Made by a program: the position numbers and the translations under genes. From assembly GCA_965248265.1 (NCBI GenBank), contig CBDFJF010000002.1, positions 2,784,001 through 2,848,000 of the forward strand: DNA of 64,000 nucleotides, written 5' to 3'. Position 1 is the first letter of the stretch. Each line of letters begins with the position of its first letter. Positions 29,998 to 39,683 of this stretch are shown one piece after another. A model generated the notes under the pieces. The model worked only from the letters and a program-made list of their open reading frames with translations. It had not been told where the DNA came from and did no database searches. The DNA is from Candidatus Latescibacterota bacterium (GTDB lineage Bacteria; Latescibacterota; UBA2968; UBA8231).

Positions 29998-30716
29998 ATG
30001 AAGCGACTGCTTGGATTGTCGCTCCCCATGATGTTGATTGCCGTTGCCCTTGTTGGGTGTAGCAGCGGGGCCAAGGTCTGGACGCAGAAATACGACGATA
30101 TGACGGTGAAGGAAGAGTATCAGTACTACCACCAGTCCGAGACAGACAGGCGAGTGAAAAATGGATGGTATAACTCATACCATCCCAATGGTGCGTATCA
30201 TGAGGTGGGCATCTACAAAGAGGACAAGCGGGATGACAGATGGACTGCATACTTCCCCAATGGGAAGATAATGAGCGAAGAGAACTACCGTGATGGAAGA
30301 GAGCTGTCACCCAATGGTGTGGACCGGTTCTACAATCTCGTTCGCAGCGGCTTCTATAATGAACAGCGTTTCTTCCGCGTTATACCCGGGTTTGTGGTCC
30401 AGTGGGGGATGCACGGTGATCCACATGTCGGGGCGAAGGCAACAAACAGGGTACGATCACCTACGCGCAGACGAACAGGCCCAACTCCCGCACGACCCAG
30501 TTGTTTATCAATCTGGGTGACAACAGCAGCAACCTCGACGGACAGGGCTTCGCCCCATTCGGGACTATTATCGCAGGCATGACGACGGTTGAAGCCATCA
30601 ACTCTGAGTATCAGGAGAAACCAAATCAGCAGTATATCGGGGAAGGCGGAAACACGTACCTGAGAAAGGCCTTCCCCGGCCTCGACTACATCAAGACGGC
30701 TTATATCGTGGAGTGA
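29998..30716 (+). pseudogene. MORN-repeat lipoprotein N-terminus joined to a frameshifted cyclophilin-type PPIase
   Basis: LVGC lipobox, YHPNG/YFPNG repeats, then FFRVIPGFVVQWG. Frame break near 30438, then SRTTQLFINLGDN...FAPFG. Confidence 0.65.
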
Positions 30717-30733
30717 GTCGTGCCGTTACGGGC

Positions 30734-32137
30734 CTATCGCCCGTGTTCTTCGACTGCTGCCTCGACCTGCCTGCTGATCTCGTTCCTGTCATATTCGGCC
30801 TGCGCTCGTGCCACATCCTCGGCACTTGGCCGAACGTCGGGCCATCCTTCTTCGTTGGCGACCCGCCAGGCCAGGCGAGCTCCCAGGAAGGCCGCTTCCT
30901 GCATGTCGCGGGCCTGCAGCTTGTCCACCGTGTCAGCCGCGGTGTGGTAGTAGGCCGTGATGACGCTCTCCGTACCCGGATCTCGAATGAACCCGCAGGG
31001 CACTCCCTGGGCCATGAAAGGGTAGTGGTCGGCGAACAGATGATCAGGCTCCTCCAAATGGGATTCCGCGACACCGATGGGTACATCGTCCGTCAGGGAC
31101 GTTGACAGCGATTCGAAATAGTCGGACGTGTCCGGGCCGAACAATGCCATACCCTTGGGACCGGGACCGCCGGCTGCATCCAGGTTGAACATGAACCGTG
31201 TACGGGCGATATCCTCGGGGTGGGTGTCGACGTATGCGTGCGCCCCGATCAGCCCGAGCTCTTCGACCCCGAAGAGGATGAAGCGCACCCGGCGCTTGAG
31301 CTGGTCGGCACGCAGCCCAAACACCCGCGCGATCTCGAGTGTGGCGACCAGCCCCGACTTGGGATCCTGGGCCCCCTGTGAAATATCATGGCCGTCATAG
31401 TGATTGCCGATGACGACCATCTCGCCATCGGACTCGGTATCACCGCTAACGTCACCGATAATATTCCATGATGTTTTTCTCTCCTGAGTGTCCGTGCTTT
31501 CGATCTCGGCCTGGATCGAGCCATGCCGTTGAATCAGCCGCTGCAACAGCAGGCCGGTCTCTTTCGACACCATGATGGCTGGAATCTGGCCCCAGCGGTT
31601 GAAGCCCACGGCGCCGGTGAAGGGGCCAAGTCCCTCGGTGTGTCCGGTCCAGATGAATGCCGCCCCTTGTGCCAGCACGGTGCGGTTGTACTTCTCGGTA
31701 CGGTGAATCCAGCGATCGGCGTTCGGTGGATTGGTGCCGGCTACGAGGACAATGTTGCCTTCCAGCTCTGCCGCCCTGGTGTCAAAGTCCTCTGGAGCTC
31801 CATGGCCCAGATCGATGACACACCCACTCACCAGTCCGGGAGCCGCCATCGGCATCGACAAACACTCCAGATCCCGTCTCCTCGGTGCCGTCATCGTGAA
31901 CCGGGCGCTGCCCCTGTTCCAGCCGTTGTACTCAAACGCCTCGCCGTGGACGTTATCGAGACCGTAGTCGCGTAGTTTGCCTTCCAGAAAGCGAGCGGCT
32001 TCTGCCTCTTCGGGCGTCCCGGCGAAGCAGCTGCCCAGGTCGTCGCAGAGGATCTGCAGGTTGGTCCAGATCGCGCTCGAGGTGAATATCTGGCCGGCGA
32101 GAAACTGGTCGAGCGCCAGTGCGTCATCGCTGATCAT
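30734..32137 (-). CDS. M28 family peptidase with PA domain
   Basis: GNHYDGH, GAQD, GVEELGLIGA, FNLD, DHYPF, YHTAADT. Confidence 0.85.
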   Translation of the reverse strand: MISDDALALDQFLAGQIFTSSAIWTNLQILCDDLGSCFAGTPEEAEAARFLEGKLRDYGLDNVHGEAFEYNGWNRGSARFTMTAPRRRDLECLSMPMAAPGLVSGCVIDLGHGAPEDFDTRAAELEGNIVLVAGTNPPNADRWIHRTEKYNRTVLAQGAAFIWTGHTEGLGPFTGAVGFNRWGQIPAIMVSKETGLLLQRLIQRHGSIQAEIESTDTQERKTSWNIIGDVSGDTESDGEMVVIGNHYDGHDISQGAQDPKSGLVATLEIARVFGLRADQLKRRVRFILFGVEELGLIGAHAYVDTHPEDIARTRFMFNLDAAGGPGPKGMALFGPDTSDYFESLSTSLTDDVPIGVAESHLEEPDHLFADHYPFMAQGVPCGFIRDPGTESVITAYYHTAADTVDKLQARDMQEAAFLGARLAWRVANEEGWPDVRPSAEDVARAQAEYDRNEISRQVEAAVEEHGR

Positions 32138-32173
32138 CGAAATCCTCCGAGAAGTAGCCTACAACGCGACTGC

Positions 32174-32917
32174 CTACAGCTTCAGAAGACGCTTTGCGTT
32201 GCCACCCAGCACCAGCTTTTTGTCTTCGTCGCTGATATCGGCGGTGATGATCTTGCCCATCTGAGCGCGCGGGTCCATCAACGGTATGTCCGAACCGAAG
32301 AGCACGCGGTCGGCGCCCGCCTCCTCAACCAGTTGCTCGATAACTCCCGGTGTACGAAAAGTAGAGCAGGTCTCCAGGTAGATGTTGGGATGGTCCTTGG
32401 CGGCGTCGATGGCCTGACGCCGTGCCGGCGGACAGTTGCCGGAGTGACCGGAGACGAAGTTCGCCTTGGGATACCTCGACGCCACATCGCCCATGTACTT
32501 GGGCCAGGCACCCTCCTCGATACCGGTATGCCAGATCACCACCAGCTCGTGGTCGTTGGCAAACTCGTATATCGGCCACCATATCGGATCGCTGAGGGGA
32601 ATGCAGACGAACGGGGGATAGAGCTTGATCGCGCTCAGGCCGAGCTGATCGATAGCTCGCTCTAATTCCGGCACCATGGTCTCCGGCATCAGCGGTGAGA
32701 CGTAGGCGAAGCCGATGTAGCGATCCGGGTGGGCGGCTACCAGTCCGGCTGTGAGGTCGTTGCTGCGTCGACCCTCCGGGTGCCAGATGTCGAACAGGAC
32801 GGAGCGGTCGATGCCGACGGCATCGAGGGCGGGGAATAACATGTCCGGTCGCGTCTCGGCCACGCCCCAGCGTCCAGGATGGCCATGGAAATCGATAACC
32901 TCCGAACCTGCGATCAT
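32174..32917 (-). CDS. Amidohydrolase family protein
   Basis: DFHGH, IKLYP, WHTG, GHSG, LFGSD. Confidence 0.85.
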   Translation of the reverse strand: MIAGSEVIDFHGHPGRWGVAETRPDMLFPALDAVGIDRSVLFDIWHPEGRRSNDLTAGLVAAHPDRYIGFAYVSPLMPETMVPELERAIDQLGLSAIKLYPPFVCIPLSDPIWWPIYEFANDHELVVIWHTGIEEGAWPKYMGDVASRYPKANFVSGHSGNCPPARRQAIDAAKDHPNIYLETCSTFRTPGVIEQLVEEAGADRVLFGSDIPLMDPRAQMGKIITADISDEDKKLVLGGNAKRLLKL

Positions 32918-33708
32918 CTTTCACCTCCTGCCAGAATGCGTTCCACGTTGTCCGTGCACATCGCCCGAAGCGCGGTCTCATCCAGACCAACGCTGTGCAT
33001 GTAGTAGAGGATCGGCCCCATGGCGAGGCGCGGGTAGAACGAACCGTAGAGCAGGCGCTCGGTACCGTATTCGTTGACCAGTGCCTCGAGCTCACGCAGA
33101 ACCTCGTAGCGGCTCAGCTCGATGTAGGTGTTGGGTAGCTTCAGGAACGGCCGCACGTAGAATGAGTGGACGTAGTGGGCACCCAGCAGCACGGTCACCA
33201 GATCAGGGAAGGCGCGCAAAATGTCCATTACTTCAGTAACAGGGGTATTGGTGCGTACCGTCCAGGTCGGGTCCCAGGTGTCGTGCAGGGAGATCCAGAC
33301 CGGAATCCGCTCCTGTTGAAGCCACTCGAGCACGTCACCGTAGACCCAGTCCACGAATGGGATCCCTGCGGCCCCGGAGTCGTGGATGCGCACGTTGTTG
33401 AGCTTGCCCGCGGTTCGCAGTTCCTGCAATTGCTTGAGCGCATCGGGTTCAGGGCTTGCCATCCATTGTGGGATGAAGGCGTCCTCGTGGCCGTCCAGCC
33501 ATTCGTACAGCAGGTCGTTCCCGGTAACGGCGCTGAGGACCTCGCCGTGTTGGTGATGGATGACCGCGCGGTCGACACCGTGACGGTGCATCTCCGTCAA
33601 CAGCTCGTCTGGTGTGTCCAACGGAGAAGGCCGGGATTTGACGTGGCCTACTCCGATGTTGGCGTCGATGACGGGTACCTGAGCCTTGAAGCTCAGCTCG
33701 TTTGGCAC
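32914..33708 (-). CDS. Amidohydrolase-fold protein with degenerate metal site
   Basis: IDANIGVG in place of DxHxH; LLYGSFYP; 4-bp overlap with the next gene. Confidence 0.65.
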   Translation of the reverse strand: MPNELSFKAQVPVIDANIGVGHVKSRPSPLDTPDELLTEMHRHGVDRAVIHHQHGEVLSAVTGNDLLYEWLDGHEDAFIPQWMASPEPDALKQLQELRTAGKLNNVRIHDSGAAGIPFVDWVYGDVLEWLQQERIPVWISLHDTWDPTWTVRTNTPVTEVMDILRAFPDLVTVLLGAHYVHSFYVRPFLKLPNTYIELSRYEVLRELEALVNEYGTERLLYGSFYPRLAMGPILYYMHSVGLDETALRAMCTDNVERILAGGER

Positions 33709-33718
33709 AATCGACCTC

Positions 33719-35845
33719 CTATAGTTTTACCGCGCGAACGCGGTTGTTGAAGTAGTCGGTGATCAAGAGTATGTCGTCGCCGTATAGGCAGATGCCATAG
33801 GGTTCATTCAGGCTCGCCTGCGTCGCCGGTCCGCCGTCGCCGCTGTCTCCCTGGACATCGCAGCCGGCGATCGTTTCCAGGGTGCCGTCGGAAGCTATAC
33901 GGCGCACCCGGTTGTTGTTGGTGTCGCAGACATAGACGACGCCATCTGCGGTAATGGCGATGCCGTTTGGATTATTGAGTTGTGCTTCCACCGCGGGTGT
34001 TCCGTCAGCCGAGAAGCCGGGCTCACCAGTGCCGACGATGGTGGTGATGATTCCATCCGTTGCCACCTTCCGCACCGCGTGGTTGGAGCTGTCGGCCAGG
34101 TAGATGTTGCCCTGGCGGTCGAAGCAGATGGCGTTGACGGCTCCGATGCGGGCCCGGGTCGCCGGACCACCGTCGCCCGAGTAGCCGATTTCGCCGACAC
34201 CGGCAACCGTTGTGATGATGTCGGTACGAGAGTCGATTCTGCGGACCCGGCCGATGGTGCCGTCGGCGAGGTAGATGTCGTCATTGGGTCCGTGGGCGAC
34301 CATGTTCACGGCCAGCATGCAGGCGCTGGAGGCCGGGCCTCCATCTCCTTTATCCCATTGAAATCCGGTGCCGGCGATGGTCGTTATGACGCCGCTCTCG
34401 TCGACTCGCCGCACGTAGCCGTGGCGGGTGTCGGCGATGACGACGCGTCCACGCGAATCGACTGACACACCGTGGGGGTTGCTCAGATAGGCTTCGGGTC
34501 CCGGTCCGCCATCACCGCCGTAGGCCCTGGCGCCGTTGCCAGCCACGGTGCGGATGATGCCGGCTGTGTCGATAGCCCGGATGCGCTGATTGAAAAAGTC
34601 AGCGAAGTAGATATGGCCGTCGGGGCCGATGTTGATGCCGGTGGGCGCGCAGAGAAAGGCATTTTCCGCCGGCTCACCATCGTGAATGCTGGTACCGCCC
34701 AGTACAGTAGTCACGATGCCGGTCGCGCCATCATAGCGGCGCACCCGTCCGGAGCAGTCGCACCAGTGGACGGTGCCGTCCGGGTCGGCGCAGATACCGG
34801 CTTCGACGGAGTTGCAGGTGGTCTCAGAGCCATGCAGTCCCTCTTCGCCCCAACCCGGCACTCCGTTGCCGACCAGGGTCGTGACGACTCCAGTTACGGC
34901 GTCGACCTTGCGAACGCGGTAACCGTATTTCTCGCCGACGAACAGATTGTCATGGACGTCGAGACAAATGGCGTCCGGCATCAGGGTGCTGGCCTCAGCC
35001 GCCGGTCCGCCGTCACCATTCGAGGCCGGCATGCCGTTGCCGAGCACGGTGGTGATGATACCGGTGGCCATGTCGATCTTGCGAATCCGGTGGTTGGAGT
35101 TGTCGCAGACGTAAAGGTCGCCCGTGGAGTCGAAGGCCAGGTGTTCGGGGTGGAAGAAAGACGCCTCACTGGCCGGGCCGCCGTCGCCATGGTAACCGCC
35201 CCAGGTGAGCCCGCCCCAGTCCTCGAGGCCTCTACCAACGTACGGCTTGCTATTTTCCCGCTCAGACGGGTAGTGGCGGCCATCATGGCCGGCGAAGTGC
35301 TGGATGATGCCAGTTTTGGCGTCGACCTTCCTGATCGTGTTCTGCCATTCACTGGACACGTAGAGGTTGCCGTCCTCGTCCACGGCCATGCCGCAGTGGA
35401 CGTCGAACTCCGCCTCCAGCGCCGGACCGCCATCGCCACCATGACCGGTGCGACCGGAGCCGGCTACTCTGGTAATGACACCGGTCCTCGCATCGATGCG
35501 TCGTATGGTGTTATTGGCCAGGTCGGCCGTGTAGTAGTTGCCCTGACTGTCCAGGTATAGGCTGTGGGGGCCGCGAAACTGTGCATCGATGGCTGGCCCT
35601 CCATCGCCGCTGTTGCCGGGCACACTGCCGCCGGCGAAGGCGTGCAGGATGCCGTCCTGATCGATGCGCCAGAAGCGGTTGGCTTGCCAGTCGGCGACAA
35701 TCAGGTCGCCGTCCGCTCTGCGCACCACACCAATGGGCCAACCCACGTGCGCCTCCTTGGCGGGAATACCGTCCCGGTAGGGGACGCCGGCGATACCGGT
35801 GATATGGCCGGCCGGCAGTTTTTCGAAGGTCGTCTTCAGGTCCAA
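33719..35845 (-). CDS. NHL-repeat beta-propeller protein
   Basis: Many GDGGPA...P.G.A.D..G..Y.AD..N.RIR repeats. Confidence 0.9.
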   Translation of the reverse strand: MDLKTTFEKLPAGHITGIAGVPYRDGIPAKEAHVGWPIGVVRRADGDLIVADWQANRFWRIDQDGILHAFAGGSVPGNSGDGGPAIDAQFRGPHSLYLDSQGNYYTADLANNTIRRIDARTGVITRVAGSGRTGHGGDGGPALEAEFDVHCGMAVDEDGNLYVSSEWQNTIRKVDAKTGIIQHFAGHDGRHYPSERENSKPYVGRGLEDWGGLTWGGYHGDGGPASEASFFHPEHLAFDSTGDLYVCDNSNHRIRKIDMATGIITTVLGNGMPASNGDGGPAAEASTLMPDAICLDVHDNLFVGEKYGYRVRKVDAVTGVVTTLVGNGVPGWGEEGLHGSETTCNSVEAGICADPDGTVHWCDCSGRVRRYDGATGIVTTVLGGTSIHDGEPAENAFLCAPTGINIGPDGHIYFADFFNQRIRAIDTAGIIRTVAGNGARAYGGDGGPGPEAYLSNPHGVSVDSRGRVVIADTRHGYVRRVDESGVITTIAGTGFQWDKGDGGPASSACMLAVNMVAHGPNDDIYLADGTIGRVRRIDSRTDIITTVAGVGEIGYSGDGGPATRARIGAVNAICFDRQGNIYLADSSNHAVRKVATDGIITTIVGTGEPGFSADGTPAVEAQLNNPNGIAITADGVVYVCDTNNNRVRRIASDGTLETIAGCDVQGDSGDGGPATQASLNEPYGICLYGDDILLITDYFNNRVRAVKL

Positions 35846-35944
35846 GGTTGCCTCAGCGACTCTGGTTTAGTCACAGAAGTCAAATACCTATTCTATGGGG
35901 ATCGGGTAGTGCGGTAGCCGGTAGTTCAACTCAGGGGAATTCCA

Positions 35945-37255
35945 ATGACCACCACTACTCCCAGCCTGGCCAGTAAAGAGCGACTGTTGATCCGTGCCCG
36001 CAAGGTCATCCCTGGATGCTCCCAGGCATTCAGCAAGGGTGCGAACCAGTACCCGCAGAGCGTGAACCCCCATTACCTGGTGCGCGGCAAGGGGGCGCGG
36101 GTTGAAGATGCTGACGGCAACAGCTATCTCGATTTCACCATGGGGCTTTGCCCGGTCATTCTTGGGTACGCCGATCCAGACGTCAATGCGGCAGTGCAGG
36201 AGCAGCTCGCCGAAGGCACCATTTTCACGCTATCACACCCGGTGGAGATCGAGCTTGCCGAACTCCTCGTCGACATCATTCCGTGCGCCGAGATGGTCCG
36301 CTACGGCAAGAACGGATCCGATGCCACAACCGGAGCCGTACGGCTAGCTCGCGCCTATACCCGGCGGGACCGGGTGGCCTGTTGTGGGTATCACGGCTGG
36401 CACGATTGGTACATCGGGACTACCACCAGGAATCTTGGAGTGCCGGTCCAGGTGGCCGAGCTGACCCACTCATTTCCGTATGACGATATCGACGCGCTCG
36501 AACAGCTGCTGACTGCCCACCAGGACCAGTTCGCCTGCGTCATCATGGAGCCGACGACGATATTCGAGCCGTCGCCGGGGTACCTGCAGGCGGTCAAGGA
36601 GCTCTGTCAGCGCCACGGTACCCTGCTCATCTTCGACGAGATCGTCACCGGTTTTCGCCTGGCCATGGGCGGCGCCCAGGAGCTATTTGATGTCACGCCG
36701 GATCTGGGTTGTTTCGGCAAGGCCATGGCCAATGGCTACCCGATTTCCGTCATCGCCGGCCGCGCCGATGTCATGCGCTGCTTCGAGGAGGCGTTTTTCT
36801 CCTACACTTTTTCGGGTGAGGCCGTGGGCTTGGTGGCTTCGCTGGCGACGATCGGTAAACTGGGTCAACTCAGCGTCCACGATCAACTCTGGGAGCAGGG
36901 TGAGCGCATCATCGACGGCTTCAACCAACAGGCCAGCCAGTACGAGCTGGGACAGCACATGCGGTGCGTCGGCTATGGGCCTCGCAGCGTGCTGCAGTTC
37001 ACGACCCCGGATGGGGAAGAGGATGTGGTGCTGAAGACCCTGTTTCAACAGGAGTACATGCGTCGGGGAATACTGACGTGCAATTGCCACAACATGTGTC
37101 TGGCACATACAGGTGAAGTCGTCGACCAGTTGTTGGGTGTGTACGATGATGTGATGGAGCTGGTGGGTGACCTCGTGTTAGGAGGCGAGGACCTGCGTTC
37201 CCACGTGGAAGGGGAGTTGCCGCAGCCCGTATTCAGGCGCCCGTTGCCTGAATAG
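35945..37255 (+). CDS. Class III PLP aminotransferase (glutamate-1-semialdehyde aminomutase-like)
   Basis: KNGSDAT, GYHGWHD, FDEIVTGFR, FGKAMANG. Confidence 0.85.
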   Translation: MTTTTPSLASKERLLIRARKVIPGCSQAFSKGANQYPQSVNPHYLVRGKGARVEDADGNSYLDFTMGLCPVILGYADPDVNAAVQEQLAEGTIFTLSHPVEIELAELLVDIIPCAEMVRYGKNGSDATTGAVRLARAYTRRDRVACCGYHGWHDWYIGTTTRNLGVPVQVAELTHSFPYDDIDALEQLLTAHQDQFACVIMEPTTIFEPSPGYLQAVKELCQRHGTLLIFDEIVTGFRLAMGGAQELFDVTPDLGCFGKAMANGYPISVIAGRADVMRCFEEAFFSYTFSGEAVGLVASLATIGKLGQLSVHDQLWEQGERIIDGFNQQASQYELGQHMRCVGYGPRSVLQFTTPDGEEDVVLKTLFQQEYMRRGILTCNCHNMCLAHTGEVVDQLLGVYDDVMELVGDLVLGGEDLRSHVEGELPQPVFRRPLPE

Positions 37256-37262
37256 CGTTCGG

Positions 37263-38078
37263 CTAGGCCCCGAGGGGCAATGGGGGCACCGAATGTTCCT
37301 TAACGATGAATCTGTCAGCATGCAGCGAGACGAAGTTGAAGCATGGCGGGTGTTCCTCATCAAAGCTCACATCCTCTTCATCCGGCCATAGGTTGACCTG
37401 GCAGCAGGTGCTGGCAACGCCGATGTAGGCAATACCGTCTTTGTGCATGTGCGTACCACGATGAATATGTCCGAAGAAAACACCCCTGAGTCGCTCCCTG
37501 GCGGGCACCAGCGCCTGATGCAGTTCGTCGCCATCCAGCATGCCCACGTTGGAGGTGAACCATTTATTGTCCATGTCGAGGGGTGAGTGGTGGATGAAAA
37601 CGGTGAACGACCCAGTGTGTTGCTCGACGTCCTCCCGGATAAAATCGAGCTGCTCCTGTCCTAACTTGCCAAAGTGTCCGGCCTCGTCGAACGGCTGGTG
37701 TGAATCCAGAACCAGAAATCGTTCGTCCTGGCATGTGAATCGGTAGCAGTTCAGATTTGATGCTGATACGAAATCCTCTTTGGGGCCCATGGCGAGATGT
37801 TTTCGCAAGCCGTCGCGATCATCATGATTGCCGGTTGCGAAATACATCGGCACCCGAATCTGGGAAAAGGCTTCCGCGGCTAACTCGTACTCGATCTGAG
37901 TTCCACGACGCGCCACGTCCCCGGTGTGAATGACGAACTGTGGTGGCGTGGGCAGGTTGCTGATGGCTTCAACGACCTGCATCAGGTTGCGGAACGGGTT
38001 GTTGCCGAAGGTGACCCAGTCCCGGTCCTCCCCCAAGTGCGAATCGCTGATATGGACAAAGTGCAGGGGATCTCTCAT
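37263..38078 (-). CDS. Metallophosphoesterase (Icc/CpdA-like)
   Basis: DSH, HTGD, GNHD, HH, GHIH motifs. Confidence 0.85.
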   Translation of the reverse strand: MRDPLHFVHISDSHLGEDRDWVTFGNNPFRNLMQVVEAISNLPTPPQFVIHTGDVARRGTQIEYELAAEAFSQIRVPMYFATGNHDDRDGLRKHLAMGPKEDFVSASNLNCYRFTCQDERFLVLDSHQPFDEAGHFGKLGQEQLDFIREDVEQHTGSFTVFIHHSPLDMDNKWFTSNVGMLDGDELHQALVPARERLRGVFFGHIHRGTHMHKDGIAYIGVASTCCQVNLWPDEEDVSFDEEHPPCFNFVSLHADRFIVKEHSVPPLPLGA

Positions 38079-38102
38079 GCGTGGTATCCGTGGCGCAGGG
38101 GA

Positions 38103-38465
38103 TTAGTCACCAATCAACCGCTGTACCTCATCGCGGAACTGCCGGACGATGCTCAGGGTTGCTTCCTGGTCCATGCCGACGTAGTCATGAACGGAGAGAT
38201 TTCGGGCGTTCAGGAACTGATTCCACAACTCCAAGTCCTCGATGAGTCGCAATTGCGCCGCAGACTTCAGTGCGTCCCGAGGGCTGTAGGTTTCCAAGCC
38301 CGCCTCATCCGCCTCACGCTTGAAGTGCTTCCACACGTATTCAAAGGTGCTTTCGAATGTCTTTGCCAGCGCAGCCTGGCCAAGAGCGTCCTGCGGATCG
38401 GCCGCACTGGCATCCAAGGCTTCGCCCAGAAGTGCGAAGGCCTTCAGTAGCTTGTCGTCATTCAT
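38103..38465 (-). CDS. HEPN domain toxin (HI0074/HepT-like)
   Basis: FESTFEYVWK, SPRDALK, RNLSVHDY (RX4HXY). Confidence 0.8.
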   Translation of the reverse strand: MNDDKLLKAFALLGEALDASAADPQDALGQAALAKTFESTFEYVWKHFKREADEAGLETYSPRDALKSAAQLRLIEDLELWNQFLNARNLSVHDYVGMDQEATLSIVRQFRDEVQRLIGD

Positions 38466-39039
38466 GTAACTGCATCCCAGACTTTCGCAGCAGTTCGCAC
38501 CAGACTTCGTGCGAGCCCGCCAAGAACACAAGATCCTCCGACAGGCCGCTCAGGAAAGAGGCATCTGCGCGAGACAGATCCACCAGTTGCGCCGTAGCAA
38601 GGGACTTCTCGTTCCAGGCGGCGACGAGGTCCAACATCATTGAAAGCGCGGGAAACTCGAGCGGATCGTGACAGAAGAGTCCCAGGTCGTAATCCGAGTG
38701 TCTTTTCGCCGTGCCGCGTGCGCGAGATCCGAAGAGCACGACCACTGCACCTGGGTTCGCTGCATGCAAGGATTCAATGAGGTCTGCTACCAACAAGCCC
38801 GGCACTTGCCGGCGACGAAGCGGCAAGGAGAGTACGTCAGCGGGTGCCAGATCGAGGGCCACAAGGATTTTCGCGAGGGCAGATGGCAGGGCTGTTTTGC
38901 CGGCCAGGTAGTTGCCCACCGTGTTGCGATGGATACCGACGGAATCGGCAAAGTCCTGCACCGAGTTGAAACCCCGCTGGTGGATCTCACGCTGCAATCT
39001 TGAGGCATCGAGTAGGAGCTGTGCCGATTCGGTTTTCAT
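38458..39039 (-). CDS. XRE-HTH plus minimal nucleotidyltransferase (MntA-like antitoxin)
   Basis: SVQDFADSVGIHRNTVGNY helix-turn-helix; GSRARGTAKRHSDYD (GSX10DXD). Confidence 0.8.
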   Translation of the reverse strand: MKTESAQLLLDASRLQREIHQRGFNSVQDFADSVGIHRNTVGNYLAGKTALPSALAKILVALDLAPADVLSLPLRRRQVPGLLVADLIESLHAANPGAVVVLFGSRARGTAKRHSDYDLGLFCHDPLEFPALSMMLDLVAAWNEKSLATAQLVDLSRADASFLSGLSEDLVFLAGSHEVWCELLRKSGMQLHE

Positions 39040-39042
39040 GAT

Positions 39043-39086
39043 ATGCCTATTATAAATAGGCATCTGCATAATAGCAATATGCAGAT
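39043..39086 (-). promoter_or_regulatory. Sigma70 promoter TTGCTA-17-TATAAT overlapped by two palindromes
   Basis: -35 at 39072-39077, -10 at 39049-39054. Inverted repeats ATGCCTATT-ATA-AATAGGCAT (39043-39063) and ATCTGCATA-N7-TATGCAGAT (39062-39086). Confidence 0.75.
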
Positions 39087-39146
39087 ACTGGTGCCGCAAT
39101 CTCGAGGCGAGTGCTGTCCTCAAAGGAAGGATTCATACCCTGATAC

Positions 39147-39180
39147 CTTGACCGACGACAGACAAGCTGTTTATAACCAC
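39147..39180 (+). promoter_or_regulatory. Putative promoter TTGACC-18-TATAAC (copy 1)
   Basis: CTTGACCGACgaCAGACAAgctgtTTATAACCAC, repeated at 41388-41421. Confidence 0.55.
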
Positions 39181-39236
39181 TGTCCGTAGCACATTAAGAC
39201 GAAAGCAAAGCAACCACAAAACGAAGGGTCTCACCG

Positions 39237-39683
39237 ATGGACACACAAGTGCCAATGATCAGCACGAGCACGACAGGCCCACTGGGGGTCGTTCATCTTC
39301 CCAGGCTGTGGTTGAAGATGCGACTGGCCGCCAAAGACAAGCTTGCTGAGGGCTACCGGGCGGGGGAGGGCGGGTTCGACGAGATGCTGCTCCAAGCTCT
39401 CGGCATTGATTCGAAGGCTGCCATTGCCTTCGTGCGAGAATCGCAGCCGAGCTATCTGGCCTTCGAGGCGTGGGTAAAGGAGAACGCGGTGCCTGACAAC
39501 CTGACGCCAGATGCTATCAAACAGTTCAACGACCAAATCCTCTCGATCGCCAAGCCAGAGCCATGGCACTCGGAGATGCTCGACACGCTTGGTCTACCGA
39601 AGGATGGCAAGCAGTGGCTGGCGACGGACCTCAACGATCAGGAAGACTGGCAAGACTTCCACCTGGCCTTGCTGGAGGCATGA
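39237..39683 (+). CDS. Hypothetical protein (DUF5069-like)
   Basis: GPLGVVHLPRLWLK...GFDEMLL pattern; ATGA overlap with the next gene. Confidence 0.55.
   Translation: MDTQVPMISTSTTGPLGVVHLPRLWLKMRLAAKDKLAEGYRAGEGGFDEMLLQALGIDSKAAIAFVRESQPSYLAFEAWVKENAVPDNLTPDAIKQFNDQILSIAKPEPWHSEMLDTLGLPKDGKQWLATDLNDQEDWQDFHLALLEA

Noticed and set aside
33719-35845. Periodic DNA repeats that could be mistaken for a CRISPR array
   Set aside because: They are degenerate coding NHL repeats; no constant repeat-spacer structure and no cas genes.
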